This document shows positions 1 through 9,065 of a DNA stretch of 57,997 nt, piece by piece. The notes under the pieces are model-generated. The model searched no databases. It was given only the letters and a program-made list of their open reading frames with translations, and was not told the DNA's origin. The first letter of the stretch is position 1. Each line of letters starts with the position of its first letter. The DNA is taken from the NCBI GenBank assembly GCA_018647505.1, contig JABGSX010000013.1:1-57997 (forward strand), written 5' to 3'. The position numbers and the translations under genes are program-made. The DNA comes from a bacterium. Lineage in GTDB: Bacteria; Babelota; Babeliae; Babelales; JABGSX01.

Positions 1-1980
1 GTTGATTGCTCATCATTTGAAGCCGGCCAACAGAAAATATTGGATTCATTGGACAATGCATTAGAATGGCATGAAAGCCTGGAGCCTAATATCCGCCCAA
101 TTATAGCATTTGTGTTGCAAGATATAGAGTCGACATACCAATTTTCTACAAATGGATATCAAAAAGAATCAGGCGGAAAGTTGGAGCAAGTACAAAAACT
201 TCTTGGTGAAAATGAATATGGCCAACCATTTGATCGAGTCCACCTTATTGATCAGTTCAAAAAATATGTAGAACCAATTGCAAATCGAATTGATGATAAC
301 TGTACCTATAAAGGCAAGGGTGAATTTGCAGACGAATATCTTTTAACGGACGAAGAGCAAAAAGAATATAACATTGAGGGAAATTCGCTTTTGATGCGAA
401 TGAACCATTTTACTAATCAGAGCAAGCTGGAAGATCTTCGCAAGGTCAACTATGAAAAGCTTGCAAATTACTTACTCGAAAATAGAAAAGTTTCTTATAA
501 ATCAGCCAAAGAGCATGAAGCCCTTTTTATCGAGCAAAGCAATAACTACAAAAAGACTTACGACAACCAAACGGCTGGCCGATATCACAAGCGAATTGTT
601 GCAATTGAAAAAACAATGGTAGCGCCAAATAACTTTCAAATACAAAGATTGGAACTTTCATGGCAGGTGCATTCGATTTTGCGGACCCATAAAATTGCCC
701 CGTATAAGTTTGAGCAAGTCATGGGTAACGACACACAAATTCAGGCCTACTCTGAATCGGTAAATATTTTGAATAAAATTCCTGGGCTTGTGTCTCTTGA
801 AACAGAGAGTATAGATATAAACAATATTGTGAATGCGTTAGCACATCTTTCTGAAGCCTCTCGCAAAAGCACAGAACAAGGAACCGTCGTGCGAAGTTTT
901 GACATAAATGATTTGTGCTATGGTGCAATAGAATGTGTTAAAACAACAGTTAAATATGGAAAGGCAGTTGGTTTAGGAGTTCTTGACGGTTGTTCGGCTA
1001 CAGGGTCTAAGCTTTTGCATCCAGTGGACACTGCTACAAACATGATAATGAGTACATATTATTTAGGTCAAGGACTGACCAAAATATGTGTTCGTTACTT
1101 TGATTGGGATATTTGTAGTGAACTACGGCCAAAAGAAGGGGCTGGACAGCAATTTATTGATGATGTTTCAAATTTGTATGAAATTGTAAAAACAAAACTG
1201 TCTCAAATGTCTGGCCCGGCAATTACACGGCGCGGAACAAAGGAGGCAACTGAACTTGTCACTTCTGCAATTATGCTCAATGGTCTTTCAAAAATACTTA
1301 ACCCGGTAAAAAACGGAGTATTAAAACACAGTGCTTCAATTGGGAAAAAGCTATCTAAATCAATAGGCAATAAATTAGAATATACAGGATTGTCAGAAGA
1401 CATTATTGCCAATCCCTTTGGTGCAGCTGTAGCACAGTCAGCCCATGATGTTTTTGATATTGTCCAAACGGCACAACATGTTTCTAAAACCAAATCGATT
1501 CCATTCCAAATTGCTTTTGCAGATGTTAGTACCAGTTGTTTTTTGGAAAAAGACCGCGAGTTTGAAGATGCTGCAAAGAACGTTCGGACCAATGCTGCGT
1601 GGAAAAAAATGCGCGAGTATGAAAAAAGGAAAGGTAACAAGGGGCCGGAACATGACCATGATGATCCTAGAGAAAAGGAACGGGAGGAAAGAAAAAAGTT
1701 TATTCCTTCAACACAGGACATAGCTGAGGCAAAAGAGCTGAATAGATACGTGCAAAAACTTTGTGCAGAGAGTCAAAAAAATTTCAACAAATATCAAAAG
1801 TTAGGATTAGAGTCTCCATCCAAAAAATTTTTTGACCATATTCTTAGTAAACACCACCCAAAAGGAGCCAAGTTCAAATATAATAAAAGAATAAAAAAAA
1901 ATCACAGAATCGGTTTTTATGGAGGACATAGATGTAAACAGCTTGTCTTTAGAGGCTTGGAAAAATGGTCGTTTAGTTGA
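1..1980 (+). CDS. Polymorphic toxin carrier protein (5'-truncated by the window edge; toxin domain frameshifted near 1893-1901)
   Basis: The frame is open from base 1. It has a helical pre-toxin segment (GLGVLDG..KLLHPVDT), a charged linker, then the toxin start FFDHILSKHHP. Small immunity-like genes follow, and an internal segment is repeated at 3738-3945. Confidence 0.75.
   Translation, partial: VDCSSFEAGQQKILDSLDNALEWHESLEPNIRPIIAFVLQDIESTYQFSTNGYQKESGGKLEQVQKLLGENEYGQPFDRVHLIDQFKKYVEPIANRIDDNCTYKGKGEFADEYLLTDEEQKEYNIEGNSLLMRMNHFTNQSKLEDLRKVNYEKLANYLLENRKVSYKSAKEHEALFIEQSNNYKKTYDNQTAGRYHKRIVAIEKTMVAPNNFQIQRLELSWQVHSILRTHKIAPYKFEQVMGNDTQIQAYSESVNILNKIPGLVSLETESIDINNIVNALAHLSEASRKSTEQGTVVRSFDINDLCYGAIECVKTTVKYGKAVGLGVLDGCSATGSKLLHPVDTATNMIMSTYYLGQGLTKICVRYFDWDICSELRPKEGAGQQFIDDVSNLYEIVKTKLSQMSGPAITRRGTKEATELVTSAIMLNGLSKILNPVKNGVLKHSASIGKKLSKSIGNKLEYTGLSEDIIANPFGAAVAQSAHDVFDIVQTAQHVSKTKSIPFQIAFADVSTSCFLEKDREFEDAAKNVRTNAAWKKMREYEKRKGNKGPEHDHDDPREKEREERKKFIPSTQDIAEAKELNRYVQKLCAESQKNFNKYQKLGLESPSKKFFDHILSKHHPKGAKFKYNKRIKKNHRIGFYGGHRCKQLVFRGLEKWSFS
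1345..1552 (+). repeat. Pre-toxin segment, copy 1 of ~200-bp imperfect direct repeat
   Basis: aaaagctatctaaatcaataggc...gcagctgtagcacagtcagcccatgatgtttttgat...aaatcgattccattccaaattgcttttgcagatgtt matches 3738-3945. Confidence 0.95.
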
Positions 1981-2113
1981 AAAAAATGTTAAAGAATATT
2001 CTTTCAGAATGGCTGTTGGTTATACTAACAAAAATAATCCAACAAGTGTTGTAAAAATTGTACTAAACCCAGAAGGGAAAAGCTTCGCTAGCTTTTTCCC
2101 AAAATATGAGTGA
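1901..2113 (+). pseudogene. +1-frame continuation of the toxin C-terminal domain (putative RNase, BECR/EndoU-like)
   Basis: Removing one A from A9 (1893-1901) joins ..HILSKHHP..RIKK to ITESVFMEDID..VGYT..TSVVKIVLNPEGKSFASFFPKYE*. This gives the HI..H / S.F / terminal [ST]xxP pattern of nuclease toxin tips, ending 12 nt before the next gene. Confidence 0.7.
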
Positions 2114-2125
2114 AGTGGATGCAAA

Positions 2126-2434
2126 GTGAGAATAGACGTGAGTGTTATAGAAAAGACTAATGACGGTATTGACTACATAGGCAGCATAGAAGGTGGTGAG
2201 TTGAAAATAACGTTAAGATCTTTCAAAGAAAATGGTTTGAAAAACCTATGTTTTGTAGGTTGGATAGGAAATACAATTTTTAATTCTAAGCAATCAAAAG
2301 AAATATTGAAAGAGATAGAGCATTTATTTGGGGAGGGGCTATTGCCAAAAATAGTTTATAAACTCATAAAGGATGGAGCAGAGCGAGTGGAGTCCAGCCC
2401 TGGGGTGCATTATCTTTTGTTTGAGGGAGAGTGA
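2126..2434 (+). CDS. Putative cognate immunity protein (T.FN..Q / YLLFE type)
   Basis: 102 aa directly after the toxin tip; motifs NTIFNSKQ..LKEI and HYLLFEGE; paralogous to the next gene. Confidence 0.65.
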   Translation: MRIDVSVIEKTNDGIDYIGSIEGGELKITLRSFKENGLKNLCFVGWIGNTIFNSKQSKEILKEIEHLFGEGLLPKIVYKLIKDGAERVESSPGVHYLLFEGE

Positions 2435-2437
2435 AGC

Positions 2438-2803
2438 ATGGTTTTAACCGTAGCAATAATGAATGAATTTTTTGAGTTAGAGTCTGTGTTGGGAGATATT
2501 TCTGAAAGTGATGTGACCAAGATCATCAAATTTGCGAAACAAAAAAATACAAGCTGTCTTGGTTTTATTTCTACAAAGGAAGATACGGTTTTTAACAAAA
2601 ATCAAGTCATGATTATAAAGAGGGAGATAACCGAAATAAGTGAAGATATAGATAAAGGTGTTTTGAAAATTATAAATGACGGAATAAGTATTGTTAATGA
2701 TGAAATATACACTTATTTGCTTTTCGAGGTGAAAAACGACGATTACAAAGAAAATATTGATGGGTGGAAAAGTTTTCACAAAAGAGTTGGACTGATGTCA
2801 TAA
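2438..2803 (+). CDS. Second, paralogous putative immunity protein
   Basis: Shares L.F+....DTVFNKNQ..IKREI..I.DG..V...YLLFE with 2126..2434; starts 3 nt after its stop. Confidence 0.6.
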   Translation: MVLTVAIMNEFFELESVLGDISESDVTKIIKFAKQKNTSCLGFISTKEDTVFNKNQVMIIKREITEISEDIDKGVLKIINDGISIVNDEIYTYLLFEVKNDDYKENIDGWKSFHKRVGLMS

Positions 2804-2879
2804 AAATATTTTATTGACTGAAAAGAAAGCATGTTGAAGAGAAAAAAGAGCGGTCTAAAAAAGTTTGTATCACTAGAAA

Positions 2880-3341
2880 ATGAAATTGGAGTTTTTACAA
2901 CGAGAAATAGGCGACGGGCTGAAGGGTTATGAAGAACTAGGAAATGATAAAATTCAGTTGAATTTAAAACATTTTCTGCAACCCGATGCTGATAAAAAAG
3001 GATTTCCAACGGGCTTCCACTATAATTACTTGGGTCATTACAAAGACAAATACAAAGTTACAAAGGCTGTGGATTTGAAAAATGGATGTTATATTGCTAA
3101 GTGGTTTAATGGTGTTAAGTGGAAGACGTCATCTTTTGTGCCAGATAATATTACGCGATTGGAATATGTAAAATCTGTAAAGGAGGCGTATTATAATTTG
3201 ATTAATAAAGTAGCGAATGCAGATGCAAGTTTTAATCTCATCGGTGGGGCGAAAAATGGAATAATTTTTGAAATGGAAACAACGGGGAAAGGGGTTGTGA
3301 ATACGGCTTATCCATGTATAAAAAAAATGAGTATACAATGA
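2880..3341 (+). CDS. Orphan bacterial EndoU nuclease toxin domain
   Basis: EndoU-type motifs KHFL..., TGFH, NGCY, K-TSSFVP, terminal NTAYP; no signal peptide or carrier region. Confidence 0.8.
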   Translation: MKLEFLQREIGDGLKGYEELGNDKIQLNLKHFLQPDADKKGFPTGFHYNYLGHYKDKYKVTKAVDLKNGCYIAKWFNGVKWKTSSFVPDNITRLEYVKSVKEAYYNLINKVANADASFNLIGGAKNGIIFEMETTGKGVVNTAYPCIKKMSIQ

Positions 3342-3739
3342 AACGATTGACTCTCGTAAAAAGTAAAAGTGGTATATATATGCCAGTTACAACAAAAAAA
3401 GCATCTGAAATGTTGGTGAAAATAGAAAATGCGACGCTCGGCCTAATTTATACTTTTTTAGAACGCGATGGAGTTATTTTAGTTCCAAATTTAATTTTAG
3501 ATTGGGTTGATAGTGATGAAGATTGGATGGGAACAAATGTGTGTTTTTTGAAAAAAGAGGGTGATAAAATTGTTTTGGGTCGGGATAATGACGAAGATGA
3601 AGATTTTTTATTTTCCACGAGTAGAAATAACTTTATTACAATGGTTAAAAAATGGTTAGAGGTAATAAAAATGGAACCAAAAAAAATAACTATAAGTCTA
3701 TACGATGATGGTCGAGTAGAAATCAAACCTATCGATTAA
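3338..3739 (+). CDS. Putative EndoU immunity protein
   Basis: ATG at 3338 overlaps the EndoU stop (ATGA), indicating translational coupling; small protein with acidic patches. Confidence 0.65.
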   Translation: MKRLTLVKSKSGIYMPVTTKKASEMLVKIENATLGLIYTFLERDGVILVPNLILDWVDSDEDWMGTNVCFLKKEGDKIVLGRDNDEDEDFLFSTSRNNFITMVKKWLEVIKMEPKKITISLYDDGRVEIKPID

Positions 3740-3952
3740 AAGCTAACAAAATAAATAGGCAACAAATTAGAATATACAAGCCTATCCGAAGGTATTATTG
3801 CCAATCCTTTTGGAGCAGCTGTAGCACAGTCAGCCCATGATGTTTTTGATGTTGCCCAAACGGCACAACACGTATCTAAAACAAAATCGATTCCATTCCA
3901 AATTGCTTTTGCAGATGTTGGTACAGATTGGTTTTTTGAAACAGGCAAATAG
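3738..3952 (+). repeat. Pre-toxin segment, copy 2 (degenerate, no toxin behind it)
   Basis: Encodes K-L-T-K-*-IGNKLEYTSLSEGIIANPFGAAVAQSAHDVFDVAQTAQHVSKTKSIPFQIAFADVGTDWFFETGK*; starts at the stop codon of the immunity gene. Confidence 0.95.
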
Positions 3953-4055
3953 CTTAATGGTTTGGTTCTCTTTCTTTAAATGGAAATAAAATAAAATTTG
4001 CGCTAAACTAGCTCATTCAAGGTTTTTGATATACAAGCATGAACTGTAAATAGGA

Positions 4056-7022
4056 ATGATCTTTATGAGCTGCAAAAAATTATTATTAATTTGTTCCACA
4101 CTTTTTTTTTCTTGGTCCGTTAGTCCTTTAACTTTGTTAAAGGGTGATCTTGAAGATTCTACAACAAACTCATTTTCTTTTGGCGTAGGCCCAACGGTGG
4201 CCGTTTCAACTGGTGCGTTTACTACTCAGGATTATTTTATTGTCGGATCAAACGCTGCTCTTACGGGTGATGCACAAAAGTATGCGGTGTCGGTTATTGG
4301 GCCTGGTGATGAATTTATTCCGGCAGCTCCAGCAACGGTTACTCTTAATGGAGACGCAGATGAATCAAATCCTTTATATGGTGAACAAATTTCCCTTATA
4401 AGTAATTTTGGTGACAAAATTTTGACTGTGACACAGGGTGATCCAAAGGCTATCTGCATGATAAACACGAGTGTTAGCTCTATAAGTGATGATGGAACAA
4501 TATCTGTTATTACTTCAGAACGCTTGCGAGATGCTCAAGGGGAAAGCACAAATATCACCGGTGGTATTATTGCTTTGGATACAGGGATCACGTCAACGGC
4601 CGGTACTGGAAATGTAAACTATATTTTTGCGGCAGTTAAAGATAGTGCTGATAACTTTGGCTCTAACAACTCTGGCATTGCTATGTTGTCATTGGGAGGG
4701 TCTTCAAGTTTAATTTCTACCATAACACAGCTTGATGCTTATGACGTATCTGGTGGTGATGGAAAAACAAGAGCGGTTCCATTAAGCCCTTCTATTAATG
4801 CATTAAAAATTGGTTCTAATTTATCTAGCATCGCGGAGCATGCTGATCTTCATTGGGATTCAAGGTTGGAGCGATTGTATATAGCGTTGGATGTTACTGG
4901 TGCTTTGGCGCCAACAAGTGGGGCCATCTCTGTGGTCGTCGGTCGTCCGGATTGTACAAAAAATAAACTATACTTTGATTTGATAGCTCTGCCTGATTGT
5001 TTTGATGGTAGTAACAGGGTTGTTGGTAAAACTGGAGTTTGGGCGCAGACTAATATGCGTAAAGTTCGGACAATGCACACAAGCACCATGCTTTCATACC
5101 TAGTTTGTGTTCAAAGAAGTGGGGAGGTTGATTCTGTATACGCTCTTCCATTGGTTGACCTTCAGCCAGAGCTTGGCAGAGACGGTGTAGGTGACAAAAA
5201 ACATGGAACAATTGCTAAAATTGATACAACAACCAACACAGATATTTACGAAAAATGGTATTCAGAGACTACAATGATTGACCGTGCGTTTACAACAACA
5301 GCGCAGTCTGTTGGTGATATTCCTGCAACCAGTGATGTTCGTGTAAAAATTGGTGGAGACGGTTCGTTGCCACAAACTGCTACAGGCCATACACATATAA
5401 CCGATATTGTTATAAATGGTGATAGTGTTTATGTTTCTATTGGCGAAGATGGGGCTGCATTAGCTGCTGGTATTTTTTATTCTCAAGCAATTTTTGATGA
5501 GTGTGGAAGGGTTCGAGCATGGACAAATTGGCGCAGAGTGTGTGGTTCGGCTGCAAACACCTTCTCATTTGCAACGGTTAGCGAAGGAAATTTTTTATTT
5601 GGTAGTGGTACAAGCGAAAACAGCGTTAATACATTCAAAAGAACAGATTGGGCACAAGAAAACCAAGACGGGCTTCTTGGTGGAACAACAAGTGATGGTT
5701 CTATTGGGCTTGTTGCTCAGTTAGAACAGGACCTTTCTTCTGAGTGCGGAGGAATACAGGGGTTGTTTGATTTTTCTCGTTCAACTCCAGGGTTTACAGA
5801 TGTAGCAGCAAGCAAGATTTCCATGATGGTTGCAACAGGGTACAAGAAAGTTGTTTTGTTGGAAACAGGAAGAAGCGTTGCGAGTGTTTATACCCCTGAT
5901 ACTGGGGATTTTGCGACGACTAAAAAAACGTATGATGAGGCAAAAATTAAATTAACCGATTCTCCTGTAGGAACAACAAAAATTATGTCATTTTCTGGAG
6001 GAGTTCTTGATGATCTTGGGCCAATTACGCAAGCTGAGGTTGCAAAGGCAGGAAATAAAGCCTGGCTTTTTGCTGGAGGCGTAGGGGGCTTGGCGGTATT
6101 GTGTGCGGCGAATGGAGACGGTTGGGCTGCAGCGACTGGTTATGGTCTTAAGCTAGGTTTTGAAGGAATAAATCTTGTTGGTGGTGTGGATACAGAAGTA
6201 CAGTTTAGAGAAGTTGGAGATTATTCGTATATTAAAAAAATTGTGAGTGATGGAAACTTTCTTTATGTTTTAACCAATAACAAATTGGATAGAATTGATT
6301 TAACATCTGTAGATCTTAGTAATTTTGACTCAACGGCAGATGTTGTAACTCTGGCAAACACAGAAACCTTTTTTGGAAATTCTACATTTGATTGTTTCTC
6401 GGATCTGATTATTTCTGGAAACTTTGCTTTATTGGCTACGAGCAACGGCTTGTACCGTGTCGGAAATGGCAATAATATTTCTACAGAGACATCTGAAGAT
6501 GATGTTAGCTGGGCCTTGGTTGATGTTCCAGATGGATTACCAACAATTTTGCAGCTTTTTGCTGTTTGTCCAACGGGAAGAGCACAGGATTGTACTGGTG
6601 CAGATATGTATAGCCAGTTATATGTTCTAAGTGCATACAGTGGTTATGACCAGGCGCGAGTGAATAGATTTTTATTGAGTGATTCTTCTGGTGGAATTGT
6701 TGATGATACAATAAAACCGCTTGAGTCTGATTCATTTGTAAATGGTACAAATTCATTTTTCATAAACTATGGATTGTTTAGAGATTCATTTGCAACCGAT
6801 GGTGCAATGTACTTTGCACAGCGGTCAAAAGACGGCTCGGCAGGTCCACTGGTTCAAGCTTTGGCATCGGGGTATACTTGTGGAAAAATGTATCTTATTA
6901 AAAAAGCCTATAATTTGAGTCTTGGTCTTTCGGATGCAAATACGATTGGAAAAATTGTCCGAAATTCTGCATCGGGGGCGTGGATTGTTAATGGAGATTT
7001 TGGATTAAAAGTTAACGAATAA
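4056..7022 (+). CDS. Large secreted Gly/Ser/Thr-rich beta-rich (propeller-like) surface protein
   Basis: 988 aa; N-terminal Sec signal (KKLLLICSTLFFSWSVSP); many short beta-strand/turn units. Confidence 0.6.
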   Translation: MIFMSCKKLLLICSTLFFSWSVSPLTLLKGDLEDSTTNSFSFGVGPTVAVSTGAFTTQDYFIVGSNAALTGDAQKYAVSVIGPGDEFIPAAPATVTLNGDADESNPLYGEQISLISNFGDKILTVTQGDPKAICMINTSVSSISDDGTISVITSERLRDAQGESTNITGGIIALDTGITSTAGTGNVNYIFAAVKDSADNFGSNNSGIAMLSLGGSSSLISTITQLDAYDVSGGDGKTRAVPLSPSINALKIGSNLSSIAEHADLHWDSRLERLYIALDVTGALAPTSGAISVVVGRPDCTKNKLYFDLIALPDCFDGSNRVVGKTGVWAQTNMRKVRTMHTSTMLSYLVCVQRSGEVDSVYALPLVDLQPELGRDGVGDKKHGTIAKIDTTTNTDIYEKWYSETTMIDRAFTTTAQSVGDIPATSDVRVKIGGDGSLPQTATGHTHITDIVINGDSVYVSIGEDGAALAAGIFYSQAIFDECGRVRAWTNWRRVCGSAANTFSFATVSEGNFLFGSGTSENSVNTFKRTDWAQENQDGLLGGTTSDGSIGLVAQLEQDLSSECGGIQGLFDFSRSTPGFTDVAASKISMMVATGYKKVVLLETGRSVASVYTPDTGDFATTKKTYDEAKIKLTDSPVGTTKIMSFSGGVLDDLGPITQAEVAKAGNKAWLFAGGVGGLAVLCAANGDGWAAATGYGLKLGFEGINLVGGVDTEVQFREVGDYSYIKKIVSDGNFLYVLTNNKLDRIDLTSVDLSNFDSTADVVTLANTETFFGNSTFDCFSDLIISGNFALLATSNGLYRVGNGNNISTETSEDDVSWALVDVPDGLPTILQLFAVCPTGRAQDCTGADMYSQLYVLSAYSGYDQARVNRFLLSDSSGGIVDDTIKPLESDSFVNGTNSFFINYGLFRDSFATDGAMYFAQRSKDGSAGPLVQALASGYTCGKMYLIKKAYNLSLGLSDANTIGKIVRNSASGAWIVNGDFGLKVNE

Positions 7023-7033
7023 TTTGTTGGAAG

Positions 7034-8302
7034 ATGTATATGGTAAACAAGAAATTATGGTTTTTATTTTCAACTGTATTGTTCTATGCAAATGGAATAT
7101 GTGCATTGCCTCAGATAAGCGTGACAGATCCGTTTGATGTCAGGTTTGATAATCCTAAGTATAAAAAAACAAAGTGGAATATTGGCTTGTTTGCGGAAAC
7201 ATCGCTTGGCCTTGATGCTCGTAATGAAGATGCAGAAAAAGTTAATGTTATGCAATTGTGGCAAGAAAAACAAAATTCGCTAGCTATGATAAAGGGTTAT
7301 ACCTCTTCTGCTGATATTGGAACTATGCAGGCACTTTTTGATTCAAATGGTGTTAGCGATGATGGTATAAGGGGGTATTTTACTCCAGAGGGTAAAATGC
7401 AATGGAAAGACCTTGTTTTGGCCGGTCGCTATGAGCTTCCATATAATTTTAGCGTTACAGTACATGTTCCGTTTTATTTTTCTAAGTTGGACAATGTTTC
7501 TTGGACAGAGCACACCAAAAACTATGCGACGGCAGATGGTATTGTTAAAGACAATCTTACAAACAGTTTTGTTGCCAATGTTAAAAAGTATGGGGATGGC
7601 CTTGACTTGGAAGGTTGGAGTCGGGCCGGATTTGGTGATGTTGATGCAATGATAAAATGGGAAAAATATTTTCCTCAAATGAAAGCTTGGCTTAAAGAGG
7701 TCGGTATCAATGTTAAGTGTGGGGTTACAATTCCAACAGGGCTAAAAAAAGACGAGGACTCTGTCCTTTCTGTACCATTTGGAAACGATGGATCTTTTGG
7801 TCTAGTTTTTGGAGGGGGGCTGGGCTTGCGTTGGCTTGAGCATGTTGTTGGTGGAGTGCAAGCAGAATTTATGCAGCAATTTGGAAATACCAAAGAACGA
7901 AGAATAAAAACCAATCGAAATCAAACAGATTTGCTGTTATTAACAAAGGCAAATGTTAGAAAGTCTTATGGCTTCTCGCAACACTTTACTGTTCACCTTG
8001 GTGTAGAAAAGTTTGCGGGAGGGCTATCCGCTTCTATACAATATGATCACTATAGACATGATGATGATCATGTTTCGGTAATGGATAATGTTTATTCCGA
8101 TTCGATAGCAAATACAGCAAAGAGCTTAGAAGAGTGGTCGCTAAATACGTTGCAATGTAATTTGGAATATGACTTTGGTGTTCATAGGGCAGAAGAAGCT
8201 ACCCTTAAGCCAAAAATTTCTGTGTTTTATAGGTTGCCTATAAAGGCGCGACAGGTAGTAGCAGGTCATTTTGTTGGTGGACAAATTTCTTTTGAATTTT
8301 AA
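7034..8302 (+). CDS. Putative outer-membrane beta-barrel protein
   Basis: Signal peptide, amphipathic strands, GFGD..K..G...PTG core, C-terminal aromatic strand GQISFEF; 11 nt after the 988-aa gene. Confidence 0.65.
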   Translation: MYMVNKKLWFLFSTVLFYANGICALPQISVTDPFDVRFDNPKYKKTKWNIGLFAETSLGLDARNEDAEKVNVMQLWQEKQNSLAMIKGYTSSADIGTMQALFDSNGVSDDGIRGYFTPEGKMQWKDLVLAGRYELPYNFSVTVHVPFYFSKLDNVSWTEHTKNYATADGIVKDNLTNSFVANVKKYGDGLDLEGWSRAGFGDVDAMIKWEKYFPQMKAWLKEVGINVKCGVTIPTGLKKDEDSVLSVPFGNDGSFGLVFGGGLGLRWLEHVVGGVQAEFMQQFGNTKERRIKTNRNQTDLLLLTKANVRKSYGFSQHFTVHLGVEKFAGGLSASIQYDHYRHDDDHVSVMDNVYSDSIANTAKSLEEWSLNTLQCNLEYDFGVHRAEEATLKPKISVFYRLPIKARQVVAGHFVGGQISFEF

Positions 8303-8328
8303 AAAAGCCCCGAAAATTTCGGGGCTTT
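8301..8328. terminator. Bidirectional intrinsic terminator
   Basis: aaagccccgaaa-a-tttcggggcttt between convergent genes. Confidence 0.85.
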
Positions 8329-8353
8329 AGCTTTTATTTGTGAGGCTTTAAGA

Positions 8354-8923
8354 TTATTTTTGTTTTCTATATTGGCCCATTGCGTAATGCAAAAATCCCA
8401 TAGTTGAAATGTTGAATGTCCCTTTGCCTGCCTTGAACAATGTTGGTGTTTCGTGATAGCAAATGTCTCCAGATTTTTTAAATCCTGAAGGGCAGTAGTT
8501 CCAAATCCATAAAAATGTTTTTTCTTTTTCAATCTGGTAAAAGGTTCCATTTTTTATCATTAGTCCACTGCTTTTTAATACTTTGTGCCCGTCTTCAAGG
8601 GTAATCCACATTCCTGCGTTGCGCTCTGGAATTATTACAGTTGATTTTATTGGCTGGCTTTCGAGTGGCATTTTGGTTTGTGTCTCTGGAGATATTTTGT
8701 TTGGAACAAAGTCCATGTAAGAAACTTTTCCGGTCATGCCCTTTGGAATGCTAAAGAAAACTGTATTTTCTGTAAGTCTAAGCGCATCAGGATCTTTTAA
8801 TTCTGATATTACGCCTTTTAGTATCTTTTGATATTCTGAATCTTCTTTTGCCATAAGTCTTGGCAGAAATGATGAAAAAACAAATAAAACAGAAATGAAT
8901 AAAACGAAAATTTTCTTACTCAT
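8354..8923 (-). CDS. Secreted hypothetical protein
   Basis: Start MSKKIFVLFISVLFVF at 8923 with GAGGGGGAG RBS; signal peptide. Confidence 0.6.
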   Translation of the reverse strand: MSKKIFVLFISVLFVFSSFLPRLMAKEDSEYQKILKGVISELKDPDALRLTENTVFFSIPKGMTGKVSYMDFVPNKISPETQTKMPLESQPIKSTVIIPERNAGMWITLEDGHKVLKSSGLMIKNGTFYQIEKEKTFLWIWNYCPSGFKKSGDICYHETPTLFKAGKGTFNISTMGFLHYAMGQYRKQK

Positions 8924-9001
8924 GTTACTCCCCCTCTTCAAAAAATATTACTACTTTCCATTATAGAAAAAGAGGGCGACTAAAAACAAGGCTTAACGCT
9001 T

Positions 9002-9038
9002 AAAAAACCCAGGGGGGTTTTTAGCCTCTCCCTGGGTT
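9002..9038 (-). terminator. Intrinsic terminator for the 9066..10103 gene
   Basis: aacccaggg...ccctgggtt stem with an A-tract on the + side (U-tract on -). Confidence 0.65.
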
Positions 9039-9065
9039 AATTTTTTGTTGCTGTGGTGTTACAGT

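Noticed and set aside
1203-3948. Antisense ORFs 1203..1721 and 3736..3948 sharing sequence
   Set aside because: They are reverse-strand shadows of the toxin gene and its direct repeat.
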